DNA of 64,000 bases from an uncultured Bulleidia sp. (lineage in GTDB: Bacteria; Bacillota_I; Bacilli_A; Erysipelotrichales; Erysipelotrichaceae). Shown here piece by piece: positions 9,631 to 18,908 of the stretch. The position numbers and the translations under genes were made by a program. How positions within the stretch are numbered: position 1 is the first letter of the stretch; the number at the start of each line of letters is the position of its first letter. Under the pieces are notes generated by a model that worked only from the letters and a program-made list of their open reading frames with translations, did not search any database and was not told the DNA's origin. The stretch lies in assembly GCA_947087645.1 (NCBI GenBank), contig CAMUDN010000003.1, positions 89,956 through 153,955 on the forward strand. Direction: 5' to 3'.

Positions 9631-11156
9631 TGAGTTATACACGTCTTTTATATGTTGCTTTTTTTCTACCTTTGGTGGTCTTTTTTTATCATGTAATGCC
9701 AAAGAAGATACGTAAATATGTTCTTCTTTTAGCTAGCTTTATATTTTATTATAAATGGTCGAAAAAATTAATTTTAATTTACTTGTTATCAACTTTGATT
9801 ATATATTTAGCTTGTTATTTATTAAAAATAGTAGAAGAAAAAGGACAAAATAAATTACAAAAACAAAATTTAAAAAATATAATTGTTTTTTTCAATATTT
9901 TAGTTTTAATTATAATTTTATTTCGTTTAAAGTATTTTAATCTTTTTTTAAAGCTTTTTAATTCTGTTTTTGGTCTTAACATAGTTATGCAAAAGCTGAT
10001 TTTACCACTTGGTATTAGTTATTATTCTTTGCAATTAATTTCATTATTAGTTGATGTTAAAACAAAGAAAGTAAAAAGTCCAAGTTTAATTGATATTTTG
10101 TTATATACAAGTTTTTTTCCAACTGTGGTTTTAGGACCAATTACTCGTTTTAATGAAGTGATTGAACAAATAAAAGCAGCTAATGGTGCTAGTTTTGATG
10201 ATTTAAAAATTGGTTTTATGCGGATTTTTTGGGGCTTATTAAAAAAATCAGCAATTGCTGATGCAATCGCTCCACTAGTGGCTCTTATTTTTAAATCATA
10301 TACGAATATTGGATCAATTAGCTTATTAGGTGTTTTTTTATGTACTATTCAAATTTACATGGACTTTTCAGGTTCAATTGACATTGCTATAGGATCGGCT
10401 AAAATGTTAGGAATAACATTACCAGAGAATTTCCGTCAACCTTTTTTTGCTAAAGATGCATCTGAATTTTGGCGTCGTTGGCATATTACTTTAGGTCATT
10501 TTTTCCGTGATTATATTTTTTATCCTATTTCTTTATGCAAAATAGTTCAAAAAATAAGTAAAATAGCGAAAAGAATCTGGGGTAAAGAAGTTGCTCGCTT
10601 AATTGGTCCAATTATTGCTTTATTTTTTGTATGGCTGGCTAATGGTTTATGGCATGGTCCACAGATAACTTATATTTTATATGGATTTTATTACTTCTTT
10701 TTTATCTTGTTCAATTTATTATGGAGTAAGAAAATACAACATTGTTATCAAAAAATAAGAATTCTAAATAATTCTATTTTAATTAAAGTGTTACGTTTTA
10801 TAAAAATATTAATTATTGTCTGTTTTGGAGAAGCCTTATTTTTGTCACCTAATTTTTCTACTTTTGTATTGATGATTAAAAATATTTTTCTTAATTTTCA
10901 GCTAATGCAAGGTATTTCATTTATCCAATCAGCAAATATAACACCTTTAGCATGGTTGATTATATGTCTTCTTTTCTTCATTGTATGTCTAGTTAATATT
11001 GCCCAAGAGAAAGGTTTAAATTGGTCTTATAAATTTTTACAAATAAATGGTTATAGTCAAAGTATAATTATTTATGGCTTGATAGTAGCATATATACTGT
11101 TTGCTACATATGGTCCAGGTTTTGATAATATTGCTATGATGTATGCCGGTTTTTAG
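9630..11156 (+). CDS. MBOAT-family membrane O-acyltransferase (DltB/AlgI/PatA-like)
   Basis: Multi-pass membrane protein; conserved His-containing region (…WRRWHITLGHFFRDYIFYP…) typical of MBOAT. Confidence 0.8.
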   Translation: MSYTRLLYVAFFLPLVVFFYHVMPKKIRKYVLLLASFIFYYKWSKKLILIYLLSTLIIYLACYLLKIVEEKGQNKLQKQNLKNIIVFFNILVLIIILFRLKYFNLFLKLFNSVFGLNIVMQKLILPLGISYYSLQLISLLVDVKTKKVKSPSLIDILLYTSFFPTVVLGPITRFNEVIEQIKAANGASFDDLKIGFMRIFWGLLKKSAIADAIAPLVALIFKSYTNIGSISLLGVFLCTIQIYMDFSGSIDIAIGSAKMLGITLPENFRQPFFAKDASEFWRRWHITLGHFFRDYIFYPISLCKIVQKISKIAKRIWGKEVARLIGPIIALFFVWLANGLWHGPQITYILYGFYYFFFILFNLLWSKKIQHCYQKIRILNNSILIKVLRFIKILIIVCFGEALFLSPNFSTFVLMIKNIFLNFQLMQGISFIQSANITPLAWLIICLLFFIVCLVNIAQEKGLNWSYKFLQINGYSQSIIIYGLIVAYILFATYGPGFDNIAMMYAGF

Positions 11157-11215
11157 TTATTAAATGCTAGAATAGATTTTATTAGAATTGATAATAAATA
11201 AAAAATATAAATGTT

Positions 11216-11255
11216 AAAAAAGGTTATGATAATTTATATTCATAACCTTTTATTT
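11216..11255. terminator. bidirectional terminator between convergent MBOAT and degV genes (AGGTTATGA…TCATAACCT)
   Basis: 9-bp stem, 10-nt loop, flanked by A-run and T-run. Confidence 0.65.
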
Positions 11256-11268
11256 AATGAAGATTTTA

Positions 11269-12120
11269 TTAAAAACACTTAAACCATTGTAAGCTAATTG
11301 ATCCTGGTCCAACATGACAAGCAACAACGTTAGGTAATTCAATAACTTTAATCATTGCTTTGGGAAAAAGATCTTTTAATGTCATAAAAATATTATTAGC
11401 TTCATTTATATTATCAACATGAGCAATATAGATATTTGTTTTTTCATCTGGATTACTTTCAGCAATTGTTTCAATACCTGCTTGTAAAGCTTTACCAAAC
11501 GTGCGTATTTTCTTTAGAATATCAATTTTACCATGGGTTTTTTCACTGATTTCTAAAACGGGTATAATTCTTAAAATTCTCGCTACGGCAGCAGCTAAAT
11601 GTGTTAAACGACCAGATAATAATAACTGATCTAAGTTTTTAGGAATAATAAGTGTTTTAGCACTATGAATGACTTTATCACACATGATATGTATATCCTC
11701 AAGTGTTTTATTATTTTCTAATAATTCTTTGATTCTTTTAATTAAATAATCTTGTAAACGAGCTGTTACATTGGTGTCAATAATATCGATTTTTAAATCA
11801 TTTTGGTGTGCTAAGCTCATTAATGTGTTAGCTGTTCCTGAAAGACCAGGGCAAATAGGTACAGCGACAATTTGATCATAACCATCTTCTTTCAATTTAC
11901 GAAAACAGTCCATAACATAACCATAAACTGGTTGTGAAGTATAAAAAACTTTTTTTTCTTTAAAAAGTTGAATAATATCTTTCATTTGAATATTTTCCAT
12001 ATCTAAATAAGTTTTATTATCAACGGTAATTTGTAAGGGAAAAGATATTATTCCCTGTTTGGCATATTGTTCTTGACTAAAACCAGAGCCACTATCTGTT
12101 ATATAAGCTACTTTCATCAT
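11269..12120 (-). CDS. DegV-family fatty-acid-binding protein
   Basis: N-terminus MMKVAYITDSGSGF and overall DegV pattern; 283 aa. Confidence 0.88.
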   Translation of the reverse strand: MMKVAYITDSGSGFSQEQYAKQGIISFPLQITVDNKTYLDMENIQMKDIIQLFKEKKVFYTSQPVYGYVMDCFRKLKEDGYDQIVAVPICPGLSGTANTLMSLAHQNDLKIDIIDTNVTARLQDYLIKRIKELLENNKTLEDIHIMCDKVIHSAKTLIIPKNLDQLLLSGRLTHLAAAVARILRIIPVLEISEKTHGKIDILKKIRTFGKALQAGIETIAESNPDEKTNIYIAHVDNINEANNIFMTLKDLFPKAMIKVIELPNVVACHVGPGSISLQWFKCF

Positions 12121-12199
12121 ATTAACCTCATAAGAATAGTACTAAAAAATGTTCATAATGTAAAATGAAAGAATAATTTATTTCGTTTATAATAATAAT

Positions 12200-15100
12200 A
12201 TGTTTAGTCATTTATTAGTTCGTAGTGAGTATAGTTTTTATCAATCAACAATTCGTTTAGAAGAATATGTTAAATATGCTCATAAAATAGGTTATCAAAA
12301 ACTTGTTTTAGCTGATCATAATGTTCTTTTTGGTCATCATTTATTTGCTAAAATATGTCAAAAAGAAGGCGTAGAAGCTATTTTTGGTATGGAAGTCGAT
12401 GTTTTTTATCAACAAAAAATAATTCCTTTTTTATTAATTGCCAAAGATAATCAAGGTTATAAGGAACTGATACATGATGCTTATTTAATTGCCCAAAATA
12501 ATTATTTATCATTAGCTGATTTACAAGCACATACATATCATATTCATATTATTGCATATGGTGAAGCTGGCTATCTTGATGAAGCATTGTTAAAAAAGAA
12601 GCATGAATTATTGTTACAACAATTAATTCAATTAAAACAAGATATTCCTCATTTTGATATAGCTATTTCATATAATGAAAATACTAAATTTAGAGAGTGT
12701 AATACATTGTTAAAAAGATTATGTCAGCAACAAAACATAAAGACTGTTGCTTTAGCTAAAGTTTATTATTTAAGAAAAGAAGAGGCATATAACTTATTTC
12801 TATTGCAGGCTTTAAAAACAAATAAAAAGTTAAAAGATACAAGTTTAACACTTTTAAATGGTCGCTATTTATATTGTCTTGAAGAAATGAAACAGTTTTA
12901 TGAAGTTGATGATTTAATGCGTTGTAGCGAGATTCTAGAGCAATGTCATGTTAATCTTGCTGATTTTAAAACTTCTTTACCAGAGCCTTCTTTTTTAAAT
13001 GGTAAGTCAGCACGTCTTTATTTAACAAAATTAGTTCAACTTGGTTTACAAAAAAGATTAGGTTTAAAAGAAATACCATTTATTTATCAAAAAAGGATAC
13101 AAAAAGAATTAGCAGTCATTTTTAGTTTACATTTTGAAAATTATTTTTTGATTATTTATGAAGCGGTATATTATGCTTATGAAAAAAACTTATTACTTGG
13201 TCCTGGACGTGGCTCAGCAGTTGGTTCTTTAGTTGCTTATGCAATTGGTATTAGTCAAATAGATCCACTTAAATATGATTTACTTTTTGAACGTTTTTTA
13301 AATCCGGAACGACAAAATATGCCAGATATTGATATTGATATTGCTGGTCAAGATCGTGCTTTGTTGTTGCAACATTTAAAAGATGTTTATGGTTATGAGC
13401 ATATAGCGACGATTAGTACATTTAATACTTATGCTAGTGTTGAAGCTGTTTTATCAGTAGCTAAAGTATATGAATTAAGTGAAAGAGAAGAAAGATCTTT
13501 AATATATGCTTTAAAAAAAGCACGTCAGAAATGGAAAATAGATAATTTATCTATTTTATTAAGCAAAGATTTTGGCTTACAAAATGCAGTTAAACAATCG
13601 GAAGCTTGTCGAGAAGTTATTAAATTAGCCCAAAAAATTGAAAAAATGAAATGGGTTGATGCTATTCATCCAGCCGGTATTGTTTTAAGTAAAGATTCTT
13701 TATTTGATGTTGTACCAGTTCTTTCTAAAAATAATTTTTTGAAAATTCAATGGGATAAAAATTGTCTAGAAGAACATGGTTTGATTAAAATGGATTTTCT
13801 TTCTTTAAAGCATTTAGATAATTTAAAGATAATGTTAAATTTAATTCATAGAGAAGATCCTCAATTTAATTTACATAAGATATCTCTAAGTGATGCAAGA
13901 GCATATCAAATTCTAAATGAAGGTTTAACACTTGGTTTATTTCAATTTGAAGCACCTTTTATTAAAAGTAAGTTAAGTTTATTAAAACCAAATAATTTTC
14001 TTGATTTAGTCAATGTTTTAGGAATTGCTAGACCGCAAGCTATTCATCAATTACAAAAATATATTCAAAATAAAATGCCATCTTATCCAGTAAATATACA
14101 AAATATTATTAAGCAAAGTCACGGTGTTTTTATTTTTCAAGAGCAAGTTATGCGGTTGTTAGTTGAAGTATGTGGTATAAGTTTTGCGAAAGCTGAAACA
14201 ATCCGTAAATATGGTAAAGAAAAGCCGGAACTTTATCTTATTTATAAAGAGCAAATAGAAAAAGTACACCCTGATTTATGGTTAGTTGTTAAAGAGTTTG
14301 TTCAAGGATTTGGCTTTAATCTTTCCCATGGTTTAGCATATGGTCTTTTAGCATATCGTATTTTATATATTAAAGCTCATTATACGTATATTTTTTATGC
14401 TACTTTAATGAATCAGGCGGCTAAATCAGCAACTTTAATGGTAGCTATTTTACGTGAAATACATTATTTAAAAATACCTTTAAAAGCATTTAATATGATA
14501 GATTCACCACTTTTAGTTAAAGCAAATAAACACTATATACAATTGGGCTTATGTTTAATTCCTAGTTTAAATGATGAAGATATATTATTAATACAAAAAG
14601 ACTTGCACGAAAATGGTGACTATAAAAATTATTTTGAGGCTGTTGCACGTTTAGTTGTATTAGCATTTAAGCCTAAACAAATAGAAGAAATGACAAAAGT
14701 AGGTTGTTTTGATTATTTAGGGGATAATCGGAAAACATATTTAAATTGTTTAGATGATGCTTTAACATATGCCAATCTATCCATAATCATTAAGGAAGGT
14801 AAAAAGAGTTTAAATTTACATCTTGTTTCTTTGCCTACTTTAGTAAAGCAAAAAGAAAGTATAGCTGATAAAAGAGAAATGGAAAAAGAAGTATTAGGCT
14901 TTACTTTACAAATGGGAGCTTGTGCTCTTTTAAGACAAAAATATAATCTAAAGGATATTTATTTAAAATCATGGCTAAGTAAACCGGAAATAGCAACGAT
15001 TGCAGAAATATCTACTATTCATAAACATCGTGATAAAAATGGTAATGAGATGGTATTTATGCAATTAACTGATGATCAAACTAATGCTGATGTCATTATT

Positions 15101-15241
15101 TTTAATAAGTTATATAATAAGATAGAGTTTAATTTAATATCTGGAAAAGTTGTGCGTGTATGGGGAAGATGGACAAAGCGAGCAACAATTGAAGTCATGA
15201 GAATAGAAGAGGTGGCTAATGAAAAAGGTTTTAATAGTTGA
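12200..15241 (+). CDS. dnaE: DNA polymerase III alpha subunit DnaE (short form, 1013 aa)
   Basis: N-terminal PHP domain (SHLLVRSEYSF…LADHN), polymerase core, C-terminal OB-like region. Confidence 0.88.
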   Translation: MFSHLLVRSEYSFYQSTIRLEEYVKYAHKIGYQKLVLADHNVLFGHHLFAKICQKEGVEAIFGMEVDVFYQQKIIPFLLIAKDNQGYKELIHDAYLIAQNNYLSLADLQAHTYHIHIIAYGEAGYLDEALLKKKHELLLQQLIQLKQDIPHFDIAISYNENTKFRECNTLLKRLCQQQNIKTVALAKVYYLRKEEAYNLFLLQALKTNKKLKDTSLTLLNGRYLYCLEEMKQFYEVDDLMRCSEILEQCHVNLADFKTSLPEPSFLNGKSARLYLTKLVQLGLQKRLGLKEIPFIYQKRIQKELAVIFSLHFENYFLIIYEAVYYAYEKNLLLGPGRGSAVGSLVAYAIGISQIDPLKYDLLFERFLNPERQNMPDIDIDIAGQDRALLLQHLKDVYGYEHIATISTFNTYASVEAVLSVAKVYELSEREERSLIYALKKARQKWKIDNLSILLSKDFGLQNAVKQSEACREVIKLAQKIEKMKWVDAIHPAGIVLSKDSLFDVVPVLSKNNFLKIQWDKNCLEEHGLIKMDFLSLKHLDNLKIMLNLIHREDPQFNLHKISLSDARAYQILNEGLTLGLFQFEAPFIKSKLSLLKPNNFLDLVNVLGIARPQAIHQLQKYIQNKMPSYPVNIQNIIKQSHGVFIFQEQVMRLLVEVCGISFAKAETIRKYGKEKPELYLIYKEQIEKVHPDLWLVVKEFVQGFGFNLSHGLAYGLLAYRILYIKAHYTYIFYATLMNQAAKSATLMVAILREIHYLKIPLKAFNMIDSPLLVKANKHYIQLGLCLIPSLNDEDILLIQKDLHENGDYKNYFEAVARLVVLAFKPKQIEEMTKVGCFDYLGDNRKTYLNCLDDALTYANLSIIIKEGKKSLNLHLVSLPTLVKQKESIADKREMEKEVLGFTLQMGACALLRQKYNLKDIYLKSWLSKPEIATIAEISTIHKHRDKNGNEMVFMQLTDDQTNADVIIFNKLYNKIEFNLISGKVVRVWGRWTKRATIEVMRIEEVANEKGFNS

Positions 15242-15893
15242 TGATGAAGTAGCAATTAGGGAAGTTATTGTGGAATATGCATTGCTTCAAAATTGGTTAG
15301 TTGATCAAGCTGATGATGGTCAAGAAGCTATTGAGTTGGTGCGTAAGAATCACTATGATTGTATTGTTTTAGATGTTATGATGCCACATTTAGATGGCTT
15401 TTCAGCGTGTAAAAAAATTCGGGAAATACAAGCTGTGCCAATTATCATTCTTTCAGCTAGACAGGAAGAATTTGATAAGTTATATGGTTTTGAGATAGGT
15501 GCCGATGATTATGTTGCAAAACCTTTCTCAGTAAAAGAGTTAATTGCGAGAATGAAAGTTGTGATGAGTCGCAATCAACAATTGATGACGAAACAAAGAT
15601 ATCAATTAAAAGGTTTAACTATTGATGCTAAAGGTCGTAAAGTATTTGTGAATCAAAAAGTAGCTTCTTTAACACCAAAAGAGATTGATTTATTACTTTA
15701 TCTTTTAGAACATAGAAATATTGCCATCTCACGTGAACAAATTCTTGCTGATGTTTGGAAATATGATTATTTTGGTGATAATCGGACAGTAGATACACAT
15801 ATTAAAATGCTAAGACATAATTTAGGCGAGTATCGTGATCATATTGTAACGGTAAGAGCAGTGGGGTATAAGTTTGAAGACGAAGAAATATAG
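15219..15893 (+). CDS. OmpR-family response regulator
   Basis: REC domain (LIVDDE…, D at LDVMMP, K at AKPF) and winged-helix output; start overlaps dnaE 3' end by 23 nt. Confidence 0.9.
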   Translation: MKKVLIVDDEVAIREVIVEYALLQNWLVDQADDGQEAIELVRKNHYDCIVLDVMMPHLDGFSACKKIREIQAVPIIILSARQEEFDKLYGFEIGADDYVAKPFSVKELIARMKVVMSRNQQLMTKQRYQLKGLTIDAKGRKVFVNQKVASLTPKEIDLLLYLLEHRNIAISREQILADVWKYDYFGDNRTVDTHIKMLRHNLGEYRDHIVTVRAVGYKFEDEEI

Positions 15894-17289
15894 AGGTTTA
15901 CAATATTGTTTGTGGCGTGCTTTTATATTGATGGCTTGTGGTATTGTAGTATTATTAGGTATTTTACAAATTAGTTTAATTAAGCCTTATTATCGAAGTC
16001 GTAAAATTAAGGATGCACGTTTATTGGTTAAAGATTTAGCAAATCATTTGTTTCCTCTATTTAATGAAAATGAAATGCAGTTAGTGAATCGAGTTGTGGA
16101 AAATAATGCTTGTATTTTAGTTAAAAATAATAAAGGTAAAACTATTTATTTTAAAGATAGTGTTGGTTTAGGTTGTTTATTAAAAGAGCCTTACAATAAA
16201 AATGTTAAACAGTTTTTAACAAAGGATGTTGATAAAGAAAGTAGTATTACTTTAAAAAATGAACTTACTAAACAAGATATGTTAGTATATGCTTTTAAAG
16301 CAGAATCAAACTTAGAAACCAACTATATTTATGTTTCGACTGCTTTAGAACCAGTTGATTCCTTATTGTTTTTCTTTATGCGTCAATATCTTTGGTATAC
16401 AATCATTGTTCTAACAGGGGCAAGTATAGTAGCTATTATTGTTACAAAAACAATATCTAAGCCGATTGTGAAAATGAAAGATGAAGCTAAAAAATTATCT
16501 AAAGTAAGATCTAATATTCATTTTAATGGTGGTGGTATTCAAGAGATAGAAGAATTAGCAATAGCTCTTAATCAATCGGCTAAAAAATTATCTAAGATGG
16601 ATGAAATGCGTAGGGATTTATTAGCTAATGTATCACATGATATTCGAACACCAATTACGAATATTCAAGCTTATACGGAAATGTTACAAGATTTTTCTGC
16701 TAATGATCCTGTAAAAAGAGAAAAACATTTAGCAATTATTATGAAAGAAGCTAAATATATGAATCATTTAGTATCAGATATGAGTGATTTAGCGCAAATG
16801 GAAGCAGGACATATGAAATTACAATTTACAAATGTTGATATGGTTGTCAAAATTGAAGATATTTTATCACTATATCAACCTCAAATAATAGCTAAACAGC
16901 TTAAAATTAAGAAGAATATGCCTAATTCTTTAACTATTTATGCTGATGATATTAAAATGGGACAAGTAATCTCTAATTATTTATCTAATGCTATCAAACA
17001 TAGTCCATTAGCTGGAACAATTTTGATCAATATGTGGCGCTTAGCAGATGAAGAAACAATGCATTTAGAAATCTGTGATCAAGGTAAAGGAATTGCTAAA
17101 AAAGATCAAGAAACAATTTGGAATCGTTATCAAAAAGCCTCGAGTACTTTTTCTCGTAGTTGTACTTCAACAGGCTTAGGTTTAGCTATTGTCAAAGCTA
17201 TATTAGATGCTCATGGTGCTAAGTATGGTGTAATATCAGATATTGGTAAAGGATCAATATTTTATATGGAGTATCATGATGAGCATTAA
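15874..17289 (+). CDS. sensor histidine kinase (2 TM helices, HAMP, HisKA, HATPase_c)
   Basis: H-box SHDIRTP, N/G boxes (…NAIKHS…, GLGLAIVK); about 130-aa extracytoplasmic loop. Confidence 0.88.
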   Translation: MKTKKYRGLQYCLWRAFILMACGIVVLLGILQISLIKPYYRSRKIKDARLLVKDLANHLFPLFNENEMQLVNRVVENNACILVKNNKGKTIYFKDSVGLGCLLKEPYNKNVKQFLTKDVDKESSITLKNELTKQDMLVYAFKAESNLETNYIYVSTALEPVDSLLFFFMRQYLWYTIIVLTGASIVAIIVTKTISKPIVKMKDEAKKLSKVRSNIHFNGGGIQEIEELAIALNQSAKKLSKMDEMRRDLLANVSHDIRTPITNIQAYTEMLQDFSANDPVKREKHLAIIMKEAKYMNHLVSDMSDLAQMEAGHMKLQFTNVDMVVKIEDILSLYQPQIIAKQLKIKKNMPNSLTIYADDIKMGQVISNYLSNAIKHSPLAGTILINMWRLADEETMHLEICDQGKGIAKKDQETIWNRYQKASSTFSRSCTSTGLGLAIVKAILDAHGAKYGVISDIGKGSIFYMEYHDEH

Positions 17290-17938
17290 AAGAGATTATT
17301 TACATGGTACAAAATATTCTTTATTGCAAGTTAAAGATGATTATCATTTTAATCAAGATACAGAGTTATTAGGTAAGTTTTTAAAAGTTTATCCAAATGA
17401 AGAAGTATTAGATATTGGTACTAATCAAGGAGCATTGTTATATTATGCTTTTAGTAAAGCTAAAATTAAAGCTACAGGTATTGATTTATTTATCGACGTA
17501 TTAAATAGGGCAAAAGAAAATGCTCTTTATAATAAAGTTGATATTACGTTTATTTGTCAACCAATTCAACATTATCGGGCAAAGAAATTTGATGTTATTT
17601 TATGCAATCCACCATATTTTCATAGTTCATTAAAAAATGATAATATCTATATTGATGCAGCAAGACGAGATGCATATTTATCATTAGATGATTTAATGTT
17701 AGCAGTACATGATCTTTTAAAAGCAAATGGTCGTTTTTATTTAGTGCATAAAGTAGAAAAAATAAATTTAATTATGCAAAAAGCATTTCAAGTAGGTATT
17801 ACTTGTTCACGTATGCAAATAGTTTATAATGCTAAAAAGGCCAAAACAGTTTTATGGGAATTTAAATGGGGTGTAAAAAGAGAATGCTATGTTGAGAAGG
17901 CTATTTATTTAAATGAGCATAGAAAGGATGAAAAATGA
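17243..17938 (+). CDS. class-I SAM-dependent N6-adenine-type methyltransferase, TrmN6/YfiC-like (tRNA m6A37)
   Basis: Motif I VLDIGTNQGAL, motif IV CNPPYF; 231 aa; overlaps HK gene by 47 nt. Confidence 0.6.
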   Translation: MVKDQYFIWSIMMSIKRDYLHGTKYSLLQVKDDYHFNQDTELLGKFLKVYPNEEVLDIGTNQGALLYYAFSKAKIKATGIDLFIDVLNRAKENALYNKVDITFICQPIQHYRAKKFDVILCNPPYFHSSLKNDNIYIDAARRDAYLSLDDLMLAVHDLLKANGRFYLVHKVEKINLIMQKAFQVGITCSRMQIVYNAKKAKTVLWEFKWGVKRECYVEKAIYLNEHRKDEK

Positions 17939-18762
17939 ATCAGAATATTATTTATTTCTTATTGTTTATTTTTGTCTTAGCTCTTTTTTATGCTTTATAT
18001 GGATTATGGCAAACAAGAGTTGCTTTACCAATTAAATATCAAAATGAAATTAGTGATAGTATAGCTTTAAAGAAAGAAAGTATTGTTGCCTTAAAAAAAG
18101 AATTATATTTAAGATGGCCTAATCAACAAATTTATTTGCAAGAAAAGCAAGGTATTTATGGTATTTTATGGACTTATTTGCCAAGTGAAAAGCAAAAAGA
18201 AACGATTGTTATTGTGCTTCGATATTTAGATATCTTTCCTGTTTTTGAAGTATTAGATGATTTTTTTCAACGAAATATTTTAGTGAAGAAAAAAATAAAA
18301 ATTTTATTCGTTGAAAATAATCCAAGTCAGGCTTTTATTGAATTTAGTTTACAACATGTAACCATTTTAGAAACAAGGACAGATAATCATTGTTTAAAAG
18401 GAATATCTTATCAACAACAAGCAGTATGGGATATTTACTTTAAAGAAGATATAGATTTTAAAAAATTATTGGCTTATTTTGTTGATTGTCATTTACATGT
18501 AATTAAAAATGGTATACGTATTTCTTTCCCTAATAAATGTATATATCAAAAAGCAAAAAGTAATTTAAAACATTTTTTAATTAATTATAATTTATCTGTT
18601 CCTAATATTTTTGAAAGATATCATTTTCCTAAATCAGTGCATGAATTGATTTGTTCTTATCAATATTCTTTACCTAATGATTGTACTTTTATTGGCTTAG
18701 GCTATCATTCTGTTGAAAATACTTTTTATTATATGGAACAGTTAAAGAAATGTTTACAATAA
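17935..18762 (+). CDS. hypothetical membrane-anchored protein (no recognisable domain)
   Basis: Single N-terminal TM; 4-nt overlap with preceding methyltransferase (ATGA). Confidence 0.4.
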   Translation: MNQNIIYFLLFIFVLALFYALYGLWQTRVALPIKYQNEISDSIALKKESIVALKKELYLRWPNQQIYLQEKQGIYGILWTYLPSEKQKETIVIVLRYLDIFPVFEVLDDFFQRNILVKKKIKILFVENNPSQAFIEFSLQHVTILETRTDNHCLKGISYQQQAVWDIYFKEDIDFKKLLAYFVDCHLHVIKNGIRISFPNKCIYQKAKSNLKHFLINYNLSVPNIFERYHFPKSVHELICSYQYSLPNDCTFIGLGYHSVENTFYYMEQLKKCLQ

Positions 18763-18783
18763 CTTTATACATTTTTAATAAAT

Positions 18784-18815
18784 AATGCTTCTCATATAGA
18801 GAAGCATTATTTATT
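18784..18815 (+). terminator. rho-independent terminator (AATGCTTCTC-atata-GAGAAGCATT + T-rich)
   Basis: 10-bp perfect stem after the 17935 ORF. Confidence 0.7.
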
Positions 18816-18908
18816 AATACTTTCTTGTTAGCTATTATTAAGCATGTTAATATAAATTACAGTTAGTTTTAGCTAATGATAATAGATTAAATAAGAGGAG
18901 ATTAAACG

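Noticed and set aside
12200-12300. DnaE PHP domain with second His of the HxH motif replaced by Arg (SHLLVRS)
   Set aside because: A single ligand substitution. Other PHP residues (…LADH…) are retained. PHP degeneration is common among DnaE proteins, so this is not clearly significant.
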